Assembly: GCA_031423655.1 (NCBI GenBank)
Contig: JANPFZ010000274.1
Location: forward strand, 1 to 52,265
Source: Polaromonas sp.
GTDB taxonomy: Bacteria > Pseudomonadota > Gammaproteobacteria > Burkholderiales > Burkholderiaceae_C
Length of the DNA: 52,265 nucleotides
Direction: 5' to 3'
The translations under genes were made by a program, and so were the position numbers. A model generated the notes under the pieces. It was not told the origin of the DNA, ran no database searches, and saw nothing but the letters and a program-made list of their open reading frames with translations. This document shows, piece after piece, positions 38,212 to 48,367 of this stretch. How positions within the stretch are numbered: position 1 is the stretch's first letter; each line of letters opens with the position of its first letter.

Positions 38212-41200
38212 ATGGGTACGCTTCGTACCCATGCCAAGGCTTGCCTTGCTCTTGGACTCAGCCTGGGCCTGGGCCTGAGTGTCACCTTGGCCCTGGCTGC
38301 CACGCCGCCCAACACGGCCATCACCAATACCGCTAGCGCCACTTACACCATCGCCGGCACCCCGGTCACCGTGACCGGCTCGGCCACCGTCACCACCGTG
38401 GGCAGCACCCCGGCGACCATCGCCTTCCTGCAATATGTACCCAGCAGCGTGGGCCTGCCCGCCGGCATGGCCAGCCTGCAAAACGTGCCGGTTTCACAGT
38501 GCAACGCCGGCTCCGGCTTTTTGCCGCTGCCAGCGCCTGTCGTGCCCGGCGGGCCTGCATTGACGGTGCCGGGCAGCGTCTTGTTGGCGCCCGGCAGCCT
38601 TTACGCCAGTGGCGACCCGGTATTTGTGCGTGTCATTGATTACGACCAGAACATCAACCCGCTGGTCGCCGAAACCGTCGTCGTCAGCGTCTCCAGCAAC
38701 GGCATCGACACCGAATCGCTGCGACTGACCGAGACCGGCCCCTCCACTGGTGTATTCATTGGCTATGTGCCCTCGAAGTCCAGCCCGGCGCAGTCGGGCA
38801 ACTGCATGCTGAACGTCGGCGGCAACCAGCGCCTGCTGGCTTCGTATATCGACCAGTCGCAGAACAGCGTGGCCGTCACGGCAGCGGCGCTGGTGGACCC
38901 ATTGGGCGTGGTGTTTGACTCGGCCACCGGCTTGCCGGTCAACGGCGCTCAGGTCACGCTGATCAATGTAGCGACCGGCTTGCCCGCCTCGGTCCTGGGG
39001 AACGACGGCGTCAGCAGCTACCCGGCTTCAGTCACCAGCGGTCGCAGCGCCACCGACGCCGGCGGCACGGTTTACACCTTTGCCCCGGGGCGCTACCAGT
39101 TCCCGCGCATTGCGCCTGGCAGTTACCGCCTGGCCATCGTGCCGCCCGCCAACTATGCATTCGCCTCGCTGGTACTCACGCCGGCCCTGCAGGCCTTGCC
39201 CGGTGCGCCATTTTTTATTGTCAGCGGCTCGCGCGGCGAGGCTTTTTCCGTGGTGCCCGGCCCGCCAATCGAGATCGATGTGCCGCTCGATCCGTCGCTG
39301 GCAGGTGGCGTGCAGATAACGAAAAGCGCCGGCAAGGCCGTCGTCGGCATTGGCGAATTCCTGCCTTACACCATAAGCATCACCAACACGGGCAAAAGCC
39401 CGATCAACGCCCTGAAGATCTCTGACCGGCTACCGGTGGGCTTTCGCTACCAGGCCGGCTCGGCACGGCTGGAAAAAGCAGGCCTTGCTGATCCGCAGGT
39501 CGGCGGCGACGGGCGCGGGCTCGAATTTGGCATCGGCACGCTCCCAGGCAGTGGCACGGTCACGCTGCGCTATGTGGTAGCTGTGCTTGCCGGTGCCAAT
39601 GTCGGCCAGTCTGAAAACACGGCGCAGGTCAGCGCGGGCGCCACCTCGAACGTTGCCCGGGCGAGCGTGATGGTGCGCGAAGACCTCAACCGCAGCCGCG
39701 CCATTTTGATGGGCCGTGTCACGCAGGTTGAGTCGTGTGAAAAAACCGAAGCTGTTGAGCCGCTGGGCCTTAAAGGCGTGCGCGTCATGCTGCAGGACGG
39801 CACCTACATCGTGACCGACAACGAAGGCCGCTGGCACGCCGACAACATTCGCCCCGGCACTCATGTGGTGCAGCTCGATGAGCCCAGTTTGCCCAGGGGT
39901 TACGTGCTTGAAAACTGCGACCCAACCAGCCGCACCGGTGGCCGCAACTTTTCGCAGTTTGTCAACGTGCGCGGCGGCAGTTTGTGGCGTGCCGATTTCC
40001 GGCTAAAGCCGGTGCCGATTTGCATGGGCGAGCAACTGCAGCTCAGCGGCCAGACCGTGCGCGTTCGTCTGGCCGCACCCGTCGCCAGCGAGTCGGTTGT
40101 GGCGACCGTGATGCTGCCACCGAACGCGAAAGTGGTGCCCGGCAGCGTGAAGCTGGACGGGCAGGTTTTTGCGCAGGCGGAGGCCAGCGACGGCGTTTTG
40201 GTGGCGCGTCTGGGTGCGCAGCTTGTCAACTGGAATCGGCTACTGAGCTTCGAGCTTGAATCGGCACCGGGCGCAGACATGACTTTGTCGGTGCAGATTC
40301 AACCGAACGGGCAGCCGATGCAGCGCCTGTCGCAGCTGCGCCTGAAGGCACCGGCGTTTGAGACCGACCAGTGCGCGCCGATTGCGTTGTTGCCCCGCGC
40401 TGCCGTCGCCGCCGTAGCGCTTGACCCGTCGGCGCCCGCGCCGCTCATCGGCCGAAGCGCCGGCCAGCTGCAATTGGTTGAAGTCTTGCCTTACGACGAC
40501 AAATGGATTGCCGCTGCGGCGCCCGGCGCTGAATGGTTGCATCCGCAAACTGCTTTCGTTCCTGCACTTCCTGTGATCAAGGTCGCTGTCAAACACGAGG
40601 CCCGCCACCGGGTGGAACTGCTCGTCAACGGCATTGCCGTGAACCCGATGCGCTACGAGGGTGTGACGATGAACCCGGCTGGCACGCTGGCGGTGTCCAA
40701 TTGGCGCGCGGTCGAATTGCGCGATGGCGCCAACCTGATGGAAGTCACCGTGCGCGACGCGCTGGGACAGGTTGTTTTGCAAGAGAGCCGAAGCATTCAC
40801 TACGCTGTCGGCCCAGCCAGCGCCAGCTTTGACGCCGCTCGCTCGCAGCTGGTGGCTGACGGCCGCACTGCGCCCAGCCTGGCGGTGCGCATGCTGGACA
40901 AGGAAGGCAAGCCGGTGCGCCGGGGCGCCGGTGGTGAATTCCAGATCGCCTCTCCGTATTTATCCAAAGACCAGGCAGACGCCATTCAGCGTGAACCGCT
41001 GACCGGGCGGTTGGGCGGCAGGTCGCGCTATCAGGTCGGCGACGACGGTGTGGCGCTGATTGAATTGCAGCCGACGACGCAAGCCGGCGAAGTCGTCCTG
41101 AACTTCGACTTCGGCAACAACCGCACGCAGGAAATCCGGGCCTGGCTCAAACCTGATTTGCGCGAGTGGGTGCTGGTTGGCTTTGCCGAGGGAAGCAAAG

Positions 41201-43752
41201 GCTTCAAGAGCCTGAGCGGCAACATGGAAAACCTGTCAGCTGGCAGTGCCGATGACCAGCTTTTCGACCAGAACCGGGTGGCTTTTTACGCCAAAGGCCA
41301 GGTAAAAGGCGAATACCTGCTTACCCTGGCCTACGACAGCGCCAAAGAGAAAAACTCTGCCGGCAGCAAGTTGCTCAATCCTTCGTTGAGTCAGCCTTTG
41401 GTTCAGCCGCTGAACCAGGCGATTGACCCGAACCAGTTTTACACGTTGTACGGTGACGCGACCCAGCCGCAGTTTGACGCCGCCAGTGCGCGCAAGCTGT
41501 ACGTGAAGATTGAAAAATCGCAGTTTTACGCGATGTTCGGCGACTACGAAACCGGCTTGTCGGTGACCGAGCTGGGCCGTTACAGCCGCACGCTGAACGG
41601 CTTCAAGTCTGAATTCAAGGGCGAGCGTGCTGCCTACAACGCGTTTGCCAGCCAGACCGCGCAGAGCTTTCGCAAAGACGAAATTCAGGGCGACGGCACC
41701 TCAGGCCTTTACCGTCTGGCCAGCCGGGACATTTTGATCAATTCCGACAAGGTGCGCGTCGAAGTGCGCGACCGTTTCCGGCCCGAAATCATTGTCAGCA
41801 CCCGGGTCTACACACGCTACCTTGACTACCAGATCGACTACGCCCTGGGCACGCTGTTTTTCCGCGAACCGATTGCTGCGCGCGATAGTGATTTCAATCC
41901 CGCTTTCATCGTCGTCGAATACGAGTCCAACAGCCAGCTTGATGCGAAGCTGACCTACGGCGGCCGGGTCGCCGTCAAGATCGGGGACAACCCCGGCGAA
42001 AAAAGCGAGGTCGGCATCACCCGCATCCACGAAGGCAATGTCGGCCGCGAAGCGACGTTGACGGCGGCCGACGCCACCATTCGTTTCGGCGACAAGTCGA
42101 AGCTGCATGCGGAAGTCGCGTCCAGCGAGCGCGTGTCTGGCTTGGGCAAAGAAGACGGCAAGGCCTACGTGCTGGAGGCCACCCATATTGATGAGAATCT
42201 GAGCGCGCGCGCTTACGCCCGCCAGCAAGATGCTGGTTTTGGCCTCGGGCAGCAAGCAGGCTCTGAAGCCGGAACCCGAAAAATCGGGGCTGACGCCCGC
42301 TACGTGCTGTCGGAAACGACGCAACTGCAGGCAGAAGCCTACCGTCAGGAAAACCAGCTGACCAAGGCCAGGCGCGACGTGCTTGAAGGCCGCGGCCAGT
42401 GGAAAAACGAAGGCCTCACCACCCAGGCCGGCTTGCGCGCAGCACAAGAATCCGATGGCAAGGGCAAAGAGGCCAGTGTGCGCCAGCTGATTGGCGGCGT
42501 CGCTTACGAAGTGCCAGACACGGCCCTCACCCTGCGGACGACCACCGAGCTTGACGTGGGCAGCCAGGGCGAAAGCGTCGCCTTTCCGAACCGGGTGACT
42601 CTGGGCGTTGATTACAAACTGAACCCGCAGCTGACCTTGTTCGCGCAGCAGGAGTTCGCCCGCAGCGGCGAGCTGAAGGCCGACACCACCCGCGTCGGTC
42701 TGCGCATGCAGCCATGGACGGGCGGCGAGGTCTTGAGTTCACTGGGCAACCAGACGGGCACCGATGGTGGACGTGTTTACGGCAACCTCGGTCTGGTGCA
42801 GAAGTGGAAAATCAGCGAGCAGTGGGCTGCTGACTTCGGCATAGACCGCTCGCAGACTTTCAGCGGCGCCTCTACCAGTCCCTTCACTTCGGCGCAAGCG
42901 CCGACTTCGGGCACCCTGAATTCTTCAGGCACGGGCAGCACGGCAATCGCCTCAGGCTTCACCAGTACCACGCCCGGCATTTCGACCACGATCGTGACCG
43001 GCGACTACACCGCGCTGTTCGTCGGTGGCGCCTACAAAAACCGCGACTGGAGCGGCAATGCGCGTCTTGAGTGGCGCGGCAGCGATACCGACACCAAGAT
43101 CAATCTGTTGCTGGGCGCGCAGCGCAACCTCGACGAAGGCCGCAGCGCGGCCGCAGCCGTGCTTTACAACAAATCCAGCGGCAGCCTGAACGGCAGCCGG
43201 CTTGATGCGCGCCTGAGCTATGCGCACCGGCCGATCAATGGCACCTTGATCTGGCTCGACCGGCTGCAGTATGTTCATGAGTCGCTGCAAGACCCGCTCG
43301 GGCCTCTGCTGACCCGCAAGCTGATCAACAACTTCAATGCCAACTGGATGCCGGCCCGGCAAACGCAAATCGCGATGCAGTACGGCGCCAAGTATGTGCG
43401 CGACAGTATTGACGGCAGCGGCTACAAAGGCTTCACGCACCTGATCGGCCTGGAGGCGCGGCAAGACATCGGCGAGCGTTTCGATATTGGCCTGCACGGC
43501 GGCATGCTGCACTCGCTGCAAAATAGCGCGCGCGACTACCAGCTCGGTGTATCAGTCGGTTTCAAGCTGGCAGAAAATTCGTGGTTGAGCGTGGGCTACA
43601 ACCAGCGCGGCTTTATTGATCGCGACTTCACCGGCAGCGAATACCGCGCCGAGGGCCTGTACCTGAACCTGCGCGTCAAGTTTGACCAGGACACGTTCAA
43701 TCTAAATGACCGCAGCGGGGGCCAGCTGGCGCCACTGTCGGGCAAGCCGTAG
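38212..43752 (+). CDS. large donor-strand + Ig stalk + outer-membrane beta-barrel protein (putative anchor/secretion pore, operon 2)
   Basis: ATG 38212 preferred over TTG 38116; ..LALA/ATPPNTAITNTASATY. Shares KG.VKG.YLLTLAYDS.K, FY..YGD and LSVGYN motifs with 22401-28247; last strand LYLNLRVKF. Confidence 0.82.
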   Translation: MGTLRTHAKACLALGLSLGLGLSVTLALAATPPNTAITNTASATYTIAGTPVTVTGSATVTTVGSTPATIAFLQYVPSSVGLPAGMASLQNVPVSQCNAGSGFLPLPAPVVPGGPALTVPGSVLLAPGSLYASGDPVFVRVIDYDQNINPLVAETVVVSVSSNGIDTESLRLTETGPSTGVFIGYVPSKSSPAQSGNCMLNVGGNQRLLASYIDQSQNSVAVTAAALVDPLGVVFDSATGLPVNGAQVTLINVATGLPASVLGNDGVSSYPASVTSGRSATDAGGTVYTFAPGRYQFPRIAPGSYRLAIVPPANYAFASLVLTPALQALPGAPFFIVSGSRGEAFSVVPGPPIEIDVPLDPSLAGGVQITKSAGKAVVGIGEFLPYTISITNTGKSPINALKISDRLPVGFRYQAGSARLEKAGLADPQVGGDGRGLEFGIGTLPGSGTVTLRYVVAVLAGANVGQSENTAQVSAGATSNVARASVMVREDLNRSRAILMGRVTQVESCEKTEAVEPLGLKGVRVMLQDGTYIVTDNEGRWHADNIRPGTHVVQLDEPSLPRGYVLENCDPTSRTGGRNFSQFVNVRGGSLWRADFRLKPVPICMGEQLQLSGQTVRVRLAAPVASESVVATVMLPPNAKVVPGSVKLDGQVFAQAEASDGVLVARLGAQLVNWNRLLSFELESAPGADMTLSVQIQPNGQPMQRLSQLRLKAPAFETDQCAPIALLPRAAVAAVALDPSAPAPLIGRSAGQLQLVEVLPYDDKWIAAAAPGAEWLHPQTAFVPALPVIKVAVKHEARHRVELLVNGIAVNPMRYEGVTMNPAGTLAVSNWRAVELRDGANLMEVTVRDALGQVVLQESRSIHYAVGPASASFDAARSQLVADGRTAPSLAVRMLDKEGKPVRRGAGGEFQIASPYLSKDQADAIQREPLTGRLGGRSRYQVGDDGVALIELQPTTQAGEVVLNFDFGNNRTQEIRAWLKPDLREWVLVGFAEGSKGFKSLSGNMENLSAGSADDQLFDQNRVAFYAKGQVKGEYLLTLAYDSAKEKNSAGSKLLNPSLSQPLVQPLNQAIDPNQFYTLYGDATQPQFDAASARKLYVKIEKSQFYAMFGDYETGLSVTELGRYSRTLNGFKSEFKGERAAYNAFASQTAQSFRKDEIQGDGTSGLYRLASRDILINSDKVRVEVRDRFRPEIIVSTRVYTRYLDYQIDYALGTLFFREPIAARDSDFNPAFIVVEYESNSQLDAKLTYGGRVAVKIGDNPGEKSEVGITRIHEGNVGREATLTAADATIRFGDKSKLHAEVASSERVSGLGKEDGKAYVLEATHIDENLSARAYARQQDAGFGLGQQAGSEAGTRKIGADARYVLSETTQLQAEAYRQENQLTKARRDVLEGRGQWKNEGLTTQAGLRAAQESDGKGKEASVRQLIGGVAYEVPDTALTLRTTTELDVGSQGESVAFPNRVTLGVDYKLNPQLTLFAQQEFARSGELKADTTRVGLRMQPWTGGEVLSSLGNQTGTDGGRVYGNLGLVQKWKISEQWAADFGIDRSQTFSGASTSPFTSAQAPTSGTLNSSGTGSTAIASGFTSTTPGISTTIVTGDYTALFVGGAYKNRDWSGNARLEWRGSDTDTKINLLLGAQRNLDEGRSAAAAVLYNKSSGSLNGSRLDARLSYAHRPINGTLIWLDRLQYVHESLQDPLGPLLTRKLINNFNANWMPARQTQIAMQYGAKYVRDSIDGSGYKGFTHLIGLEARQDIGERFDIGLHGGMLHSLQNSARDYQLGVSVGFKLAENSWLSVGYNQRGFIDRDFTGSEYRAEGLYLNLRVKFDQDTFNLNDRSGGQLAPLSGKP

Positions 43753-43808
43753 TCCTGACATCAGTGCCGCACACCCAGCCAGCACTCCCAACCTGCAAAT
43801 CAAGCGAA

Positions 43809-46800
43809 ATGAACGCCCTTAAACACCTCATGCAGCGCAGTGCGGCGGCCTTGCCGGCGCTGGCTATGGCACTGCTTCTTCTGGTGCAGGTACAACAGGC
43901 ACACGCCGAAACCGTCCATGGCATTACAGCCAATGGGATTTTCAGCGTCGACAGCGTCAGCGGTGGCCCTGCTACCCAGCTGGTCACATTCACCTCGCCG
44001 CTTGCAAACGGCGTTACTTTGGCCACCCGCCCCTCCGACGGGATGTTGTTTTATCTCGACAGCACCGGCGCCAACCCCAACCTCTGGCGTTGGGACCCGT
44101 CAACTCCCAGCGTGATGCCGGTGCTGGTCGGCACGCCGGGTGCCACCACCACGGGCGTGATTCGCCTCGGCTTTGACGTGTTCGGCAGTCTGTACGCCAT
44201 GAACTCCGGTGTGGGCACGTCGGTCTGGACGCTTGATCCGAATACTGGCGGAATTTTGACCGTCACGCCAGCCAGCGGCTTCAATGGCGGCAACATCACC
44301 GGCGGTGGCGACATCTGTCTGCACCCCACAACCGGCGTGCTCTACATGATCTCGCAGCAGGATCTGTACACGCTTACACCGGCAGGCGTGGTGACCCGCC
44401 TCGGCACCATCAGTGGAATGGGCGCCATTTCAACCGGCTGTGCCTTTGACCGCAACGGCAAGCTGGTAGTGTCCCCAGGTGCGCAGCTCTACACCGTCAA
44501 TATCGGCACGCTGGTGGCTACGGCCATGCCCAATGCAACGGGCGTGGCGGCTTTCGGCGACCTGGCCACCAATCCTGATTCAAACGTCAGAGCTGCATTG
44601 CGGGTTTCCAAGACAGCCAGCAACCTGACGCCTGGCACCACCGTCACTTTTACTGTGACAGTAACCAACGACGGCCCCAGCAGAGCAACCGATGTTCGGG
44701 TGCTCGACTTGCTTCCTGCCGGCCTGACATTGGTGTCTTCGAGCGCAACCCAGGGAAGTTATTCGGCAACCGCAGTGGTCGGTCCGCCGGCTTATCCGGC
44801 AGGCACGTGGCGCGTCGGCACCCTGACCAATGGTGCCGTGGCCACGCTGACGATCAATGCGAATGTGACCGGCTCCACGCCCATCATCAACTACGCACAG
44901 GTCTCATACGCGGATCAGTACGACCCTAATTCGACACGCGGAAGCACCACGCCGTTTGGCGCAACAGAAAACGACCAGGCCAGCGTTACCATCACGCCCA
45001 GCCCCGACTTGCGCACTGTCAAGACGGCGACCAGCTCATTCGCGGTCGGCACCAGCGCGACCTATTCCATCACGGTTAACAACACGCTGGGCAGCCTGAG
45101 CACTGGTGCGAATGCCTACACGGTCACCGATGTGCTGCCGGCGGGCCTGACCTTTGTTTCGGCTGTCGGCACCGGATGGACTTGCGCGGCCAATGCACCG
45201 GCTGCGGGCGACAACGTTGCAGGAGGGTCACGCATGGTCTGCACCAGCAGTGCCACCATGGCCGCCGGCGCCAGCAATGGCAACGCCATCGTGCTGACGG
45301 TATTGGCTGGCGCTGCAGCCGCGCCTAGCGTGAGCAATACCGCCACAGTGTCCGGCGGTGGCGAACCGGCCAGCAACAATGGCAACAACAGCAGCACGAT
45401 TTCGACACCCGTTTGCACAGCGGGTGGTTGCCCGGATCTGCGCGTCAACAAAACCACAGCGGCAAGTCCTTTTGTCGTGGGTACGGCAGCGAGCTACACC
45501 CTGAGCGTCAGCAACATCGGCGGGCTGACGACCGGCCTCAGCAACTACGTTATTTCGGACACGCTGCCGGCCGGCCTGACGTTAACAACCGCCATTGGCG
45601 GGGCGGGCTGGACAATTGGCGCGGGCTGGACCTGCACGGTCGGTGCGGCCGGCGGCAATCAGGTGACTTGCAACAGCAGCACCAGCATTGCAGCTGGCGG
45701 AACTTCCAGCACCATCGTGTTTCCTGTAACGGTCGCCAACAATGCTGCGCCTGGTGTCTCCAATACGGCCAGCGTCACGGGCGGTGGCGAGCCGGCGGCT
45801 GTCACTGGCAACAACAGCACCACGTTGGCGACGCCAGTCACCGCGTTCGATCTGACCGTAACGAAATCCAAGACGGCTGCCGGCAATTTTGTGCTGGGGG
45901 ACAGCACGGCGACCTACACCCTTACCGCCAGCAACATTGGTGGGGTGGCCACGACCGGAACGATCACCGTCACCGACACCTTGCCCGCCGGGCTGACGCT
46001 GACCACGGCATCGGGTGGCACGGGCTGGACGATAGGTGCCAACTGGACTTGCACGGGTGCCGTCGGCGGGACCGTCGTGAGCTGCACGCGCACTGTCGCC
46101 ATCGCCGCTGCAACCTCCAATGTAGCCGTCGTCATCTTCCCGGTCACGGTCGCCGCTGCAGCGGCACCCAGTGTCACCAACACGGCGTCGATCAGCAACC
46201 CGAATGAGTCGACCAACCTGCTGGGCAATAACTCGTCAACGCTCATCACACCCGTCGACGCGCCCGACCTCGTGGTCACCAAATCACATAACGGCAACTT
46301 CACCGTCGGCGTCAATGGCATCTACACGCTGACGGTTTCCAACCTCGGTGCGCTCGCTACCAGCGCCGCCAATGTGGTCGTGACCGACACCTTGCCTGCC
46401 GGATTGACCTTTGTGTCTGGCACGGGCACCAACTGGACGTGTACAGCCGCTGGGCAAGTGGTGACCTGCGTCCGTCCGCTGGCCAACGCCGTCGCTGCGA
46501 ACGCCTCGGCACCGCCCATCACGCTGACGGTATCGGTCGGTGCCGCTGCAGCCACAGCCTCTCCTGTCACCAACAACGTCAGTGTTGCGGGTGGTAACGA
46601 ACCTGCGGGCAACAACGGCAACAACACCGCTGCCGACATTACCTTCGTTTATTACTCGCCCATCATCACCAAGACATTTTCGCCCGCCACCGTGGTTGCG
46701 GGCATACCCTCCACGCTGACCCTGACCATCAGCAACCCGGCGGGCAACCCGGTGTCACTCGCCGGTCTGGCGGTGGTTGACCCCTTTCCTGCCGGCATGT

Positions 46801-48314
46801 CGGTGGCAAGCACCCCGAGCTTCAGCAACACCTGCGGCGGCACGGCATCGCCGGGCAGCGCGCAAGGCGACACGCTGATCTCATTGACTGGCGGCGCTAC
46901 GGGCGCGGCGGGTAGCAGCTGCGCAATTCAGGTCAATGTCATCAGCACCACGATTGGTGCAAACGTCAACACGACAGGGCAAGTCAGCTCGACCAACAGC
47001 GGCACCGGAGCCGCCGCCTCGGCGACGCTGACGGTCACCGCACCCGGTTCGCCCACCCTGACCATGGTCAGTTCCCCTGACCCGGTGGGCGTGAACATGC
47101 CGGTCACGCTGACCTACACCATCAATAACAACAACGCGGCTAATACCAATCTGGGTTTTACCCACAACTTCCCCATCATCGGTGGTGCGCAGATGGTGTG
47201 GCAGAGCACCGGGTCAACCACCTGTACCGCTGGCGCGGCCACGGTCACCAATCCGGCAGGTGCTGCGCTGGTGGCAGGCACCAGCACGGGTATTCGTCTG
47301 AATGGCTATGGCCCAGCGGCCAATGCGGTATGCACCATCGTTGTTACGGCTACGGTCGGTGCGGCTGGCACAGTCACGACGGTAAATGGCACACCCGGCA
47401 TCAGCGGCCTGACGGGTACGGCATTGTTGGTGTCTGCCGTCAACGACACCTTCAACGTGCGCGCCGTTACGCTGACCAAAGCGTTTACGCCAACCACGGT
47501 TGCGGTCAACGCCGCCTCGCTGTTGACTTTTTCACTTACCAATGGTGTCGGCAACCCTGCTCAAGGCGGCACGACCCCCATCAACAACCTGCTGGCATTC
47601 ACCGAAACGCTGCCTGCCGGGCTTGTGGTGGCTACTGCGCCCGCAGGCACGCAGTGCAACGGCACGGTGGCGGCGACTGTCGGCACGGGCGTCATCACGT
47701 TTAGCGGTGGCACCTTGTCCCTGGGGCAGGCCAGCTGTTCGATTCTGGTCAACGTCATGTCGGCAACCGCAGGGACCTACAACAACCTGCCAGCCAACGT
47801 AACCGGGTTTCCCACCAACATCATCAACAGTGCGAGCGCCACGCTGACAGTCGGCTCGCCCAGCCTGGTGTTCCTGAAAACCGTCGCGGTCCTGAACGAT
47901 CCGGTCAACGGAACGACCAACCCCAAGAACATTCCCGGCGCCGAGGTGCTCTACACCCTGCGCGTGACAAATACTGGCCCTGGCGCGGTAGACCTCGACA
48001 CAACAGTGGTGAGTGACCCGATTTCGCTCAACACTGATCTGTTTGTGGGTGACCTGAGCGGCGTTAGCACCGGTCCGATCCAGTTTGTTCAGGGCGCGCC
48101 CACCAGCGCGCTGAGCTGGACTTACACGGCGCTCAACAGCGTGACCGACGACGTCGGCTTTTACAGCGACAATGCTTGCGTCACTTTAATGGTGCCAACG
48201 GCGCCCTACGATACAACGGTGCGGTGCATACGCCTGAACCCCAAGGGAATCATGGCGGGTACGGGTGGTGGCAACCCGTCCTTTGAATTGAGATTCAAGG
48301 TTCGCGTCAAGTAG
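43809..48314 (+). CDS. adhesin: N-terminal beta-propeller, about 8 DUF11-type domains, C-terminal acceptor domain (putative tip adhesin, operon 2)
   Basis: Signal peptide ..QAHA/E; blade-like repeats (FDVFGSLY, LDPNTG, FDRNGKL, GDLA); DL.V.K repeats; ends LRFKVRVK. Confidence 0.85.
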   Translation: MNALKHLMQRSAAALPALAMALLLLVQVQQAHAETVHGITANGIFSVDSVSGGPATQLVTFTSPLANGVTLATRPSDGMLFYLDSTGANPNLWRWDPSTPSVMPVLVGTPGATTTGVIRLGFDVFGSLYAMNSGVGTSVWTLDPNTGGILTVTPASGFNGGNITGGGDICLHPTTGVLYMISQQDLYTLTPAGVVTRLGTISGMGAISTGCAFDRNGKLVVSPGAQLYTVNIGTLVATAMPNATGVAAFGDLATNPDSNVRAALRVSKTASNLTPGTTVTFTVTVTNDGPSRATDVRVLDLLPAGLTLVSSSATQGSYSATAVVGPPAYPAGTWRVGTLTNGAVATLTINANVTGSTPIINYAQVSYADQYDPNSTRGSTTPFGATENDQASVTITPSPDLRTVKTATSSFAVGTSATYSITVNNTLGSLSTGANAYTVTDVLPAGLTFVSAVGTGWTCAANAPAAGDNVAGGSRMVCTSSATMAAGASNGNAIVLTVLAGAAAAPSVSNTATVSGGGEPASNNGNNSSTISTPVCTAGGCPDLRVNKTTAASPFVVGTAASYTLSVSNIGGLTTGLSNYVISDTLPAGLTLTTAIGGAGWTIGAGWTCTVGAAGGNQVTCNSSTSIAAGGTSSTIVFPVTVANNAAPGVSNTASVTGGGEPAAVTGNNSTTLATPVTAFDLTVTKSKTAAGNFVLGDSTATYTLTASNIGGVATTGTITVTDTLPAGLTLTTASGGTGWTIGANWTCTGAVGGTVVSCTRTVAIAAATSNVAVVIFPVTVAAAAAPSVTNTASISNPNESTNLLGNNSSTLITPVDAPDLVVTKSHNGNFTVGVNGIYTLTVSNLGALATSAANVVVTDTLPAGLTFVSGTGTNWTCTAAGQVVTCVRPLANAVAANASAPPITLTVSVGAAAATASPVTNNVSVAGGNEPAGNNGNNTAADITFVYYSPIITKTFSPATVVAGIPSTLTLTISNPAGNPVSLAGLAVVDPFPAGMSVASTPSFSNTCGGTASPGSAQGDTLISLTGGATGAAGSSCAIQVNVISTTIGANVNTTGQVSSTNSGTGAAASATLTVTAPGSPTLTMVSSPDPVGVNMPVTLTYTINNNNAANTNLGFTHNFPIIGGAQMVWQSTGSTTCTAGAATVTNPAGAALVAGTSTGIRLNGYGPAANAVCTIVVTATVGAAGTVTTVNGTPGISGLTGTALLVSAVNDTFNVRAVTLTKAFTPTTVAVNAASLLTFSLTNGVGNPAQGGTTPINNLLAFTETLPAGLVVATAPAGTQCNGTVAATVGTGVITFSGGTLSLGQASCSILVNVMSATAGTYNNLPANVTGFPTNIINSASATLTVGSPSLVFLKTVAVLNDPVNGTTNPKNIPGAEVLYTLRVTNTGPGAVDLDTTVVSDPISLNTDLFVGDLSGVSTGPIQFVQGAPTSALSWTYTALNSVTDDVGFYSDNACVTLMVPTAPYDTTVRCIRLNPKGIMAGTGGGNPSFELRFKVRVK

Positions 48315-48367
48315 TGGTGAGGGCGCACGCCAGCCAAGCTTGCGTCGCCTCGCTCATCCGAATTAAA

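Noticed and set aside
22401-43752. Classical chaperone-usher, autotransporter or T1SS/RTX adhesin interpretation
   Set aside because: No PapD/PapC motifs, no RTX repeats or ABC exporter; all subunits have Sec signals, and the barrel regions are far longer than an autotransporter domain.
19979-47758. Many antisense ORFs across the DUF11 genes (e.g. 28979-30289, 31421-32455, 34858-36012)
   Set aside because: Shadow frames of Thr/Ala/Val-rich, GC-biased genes; no independent motifs.
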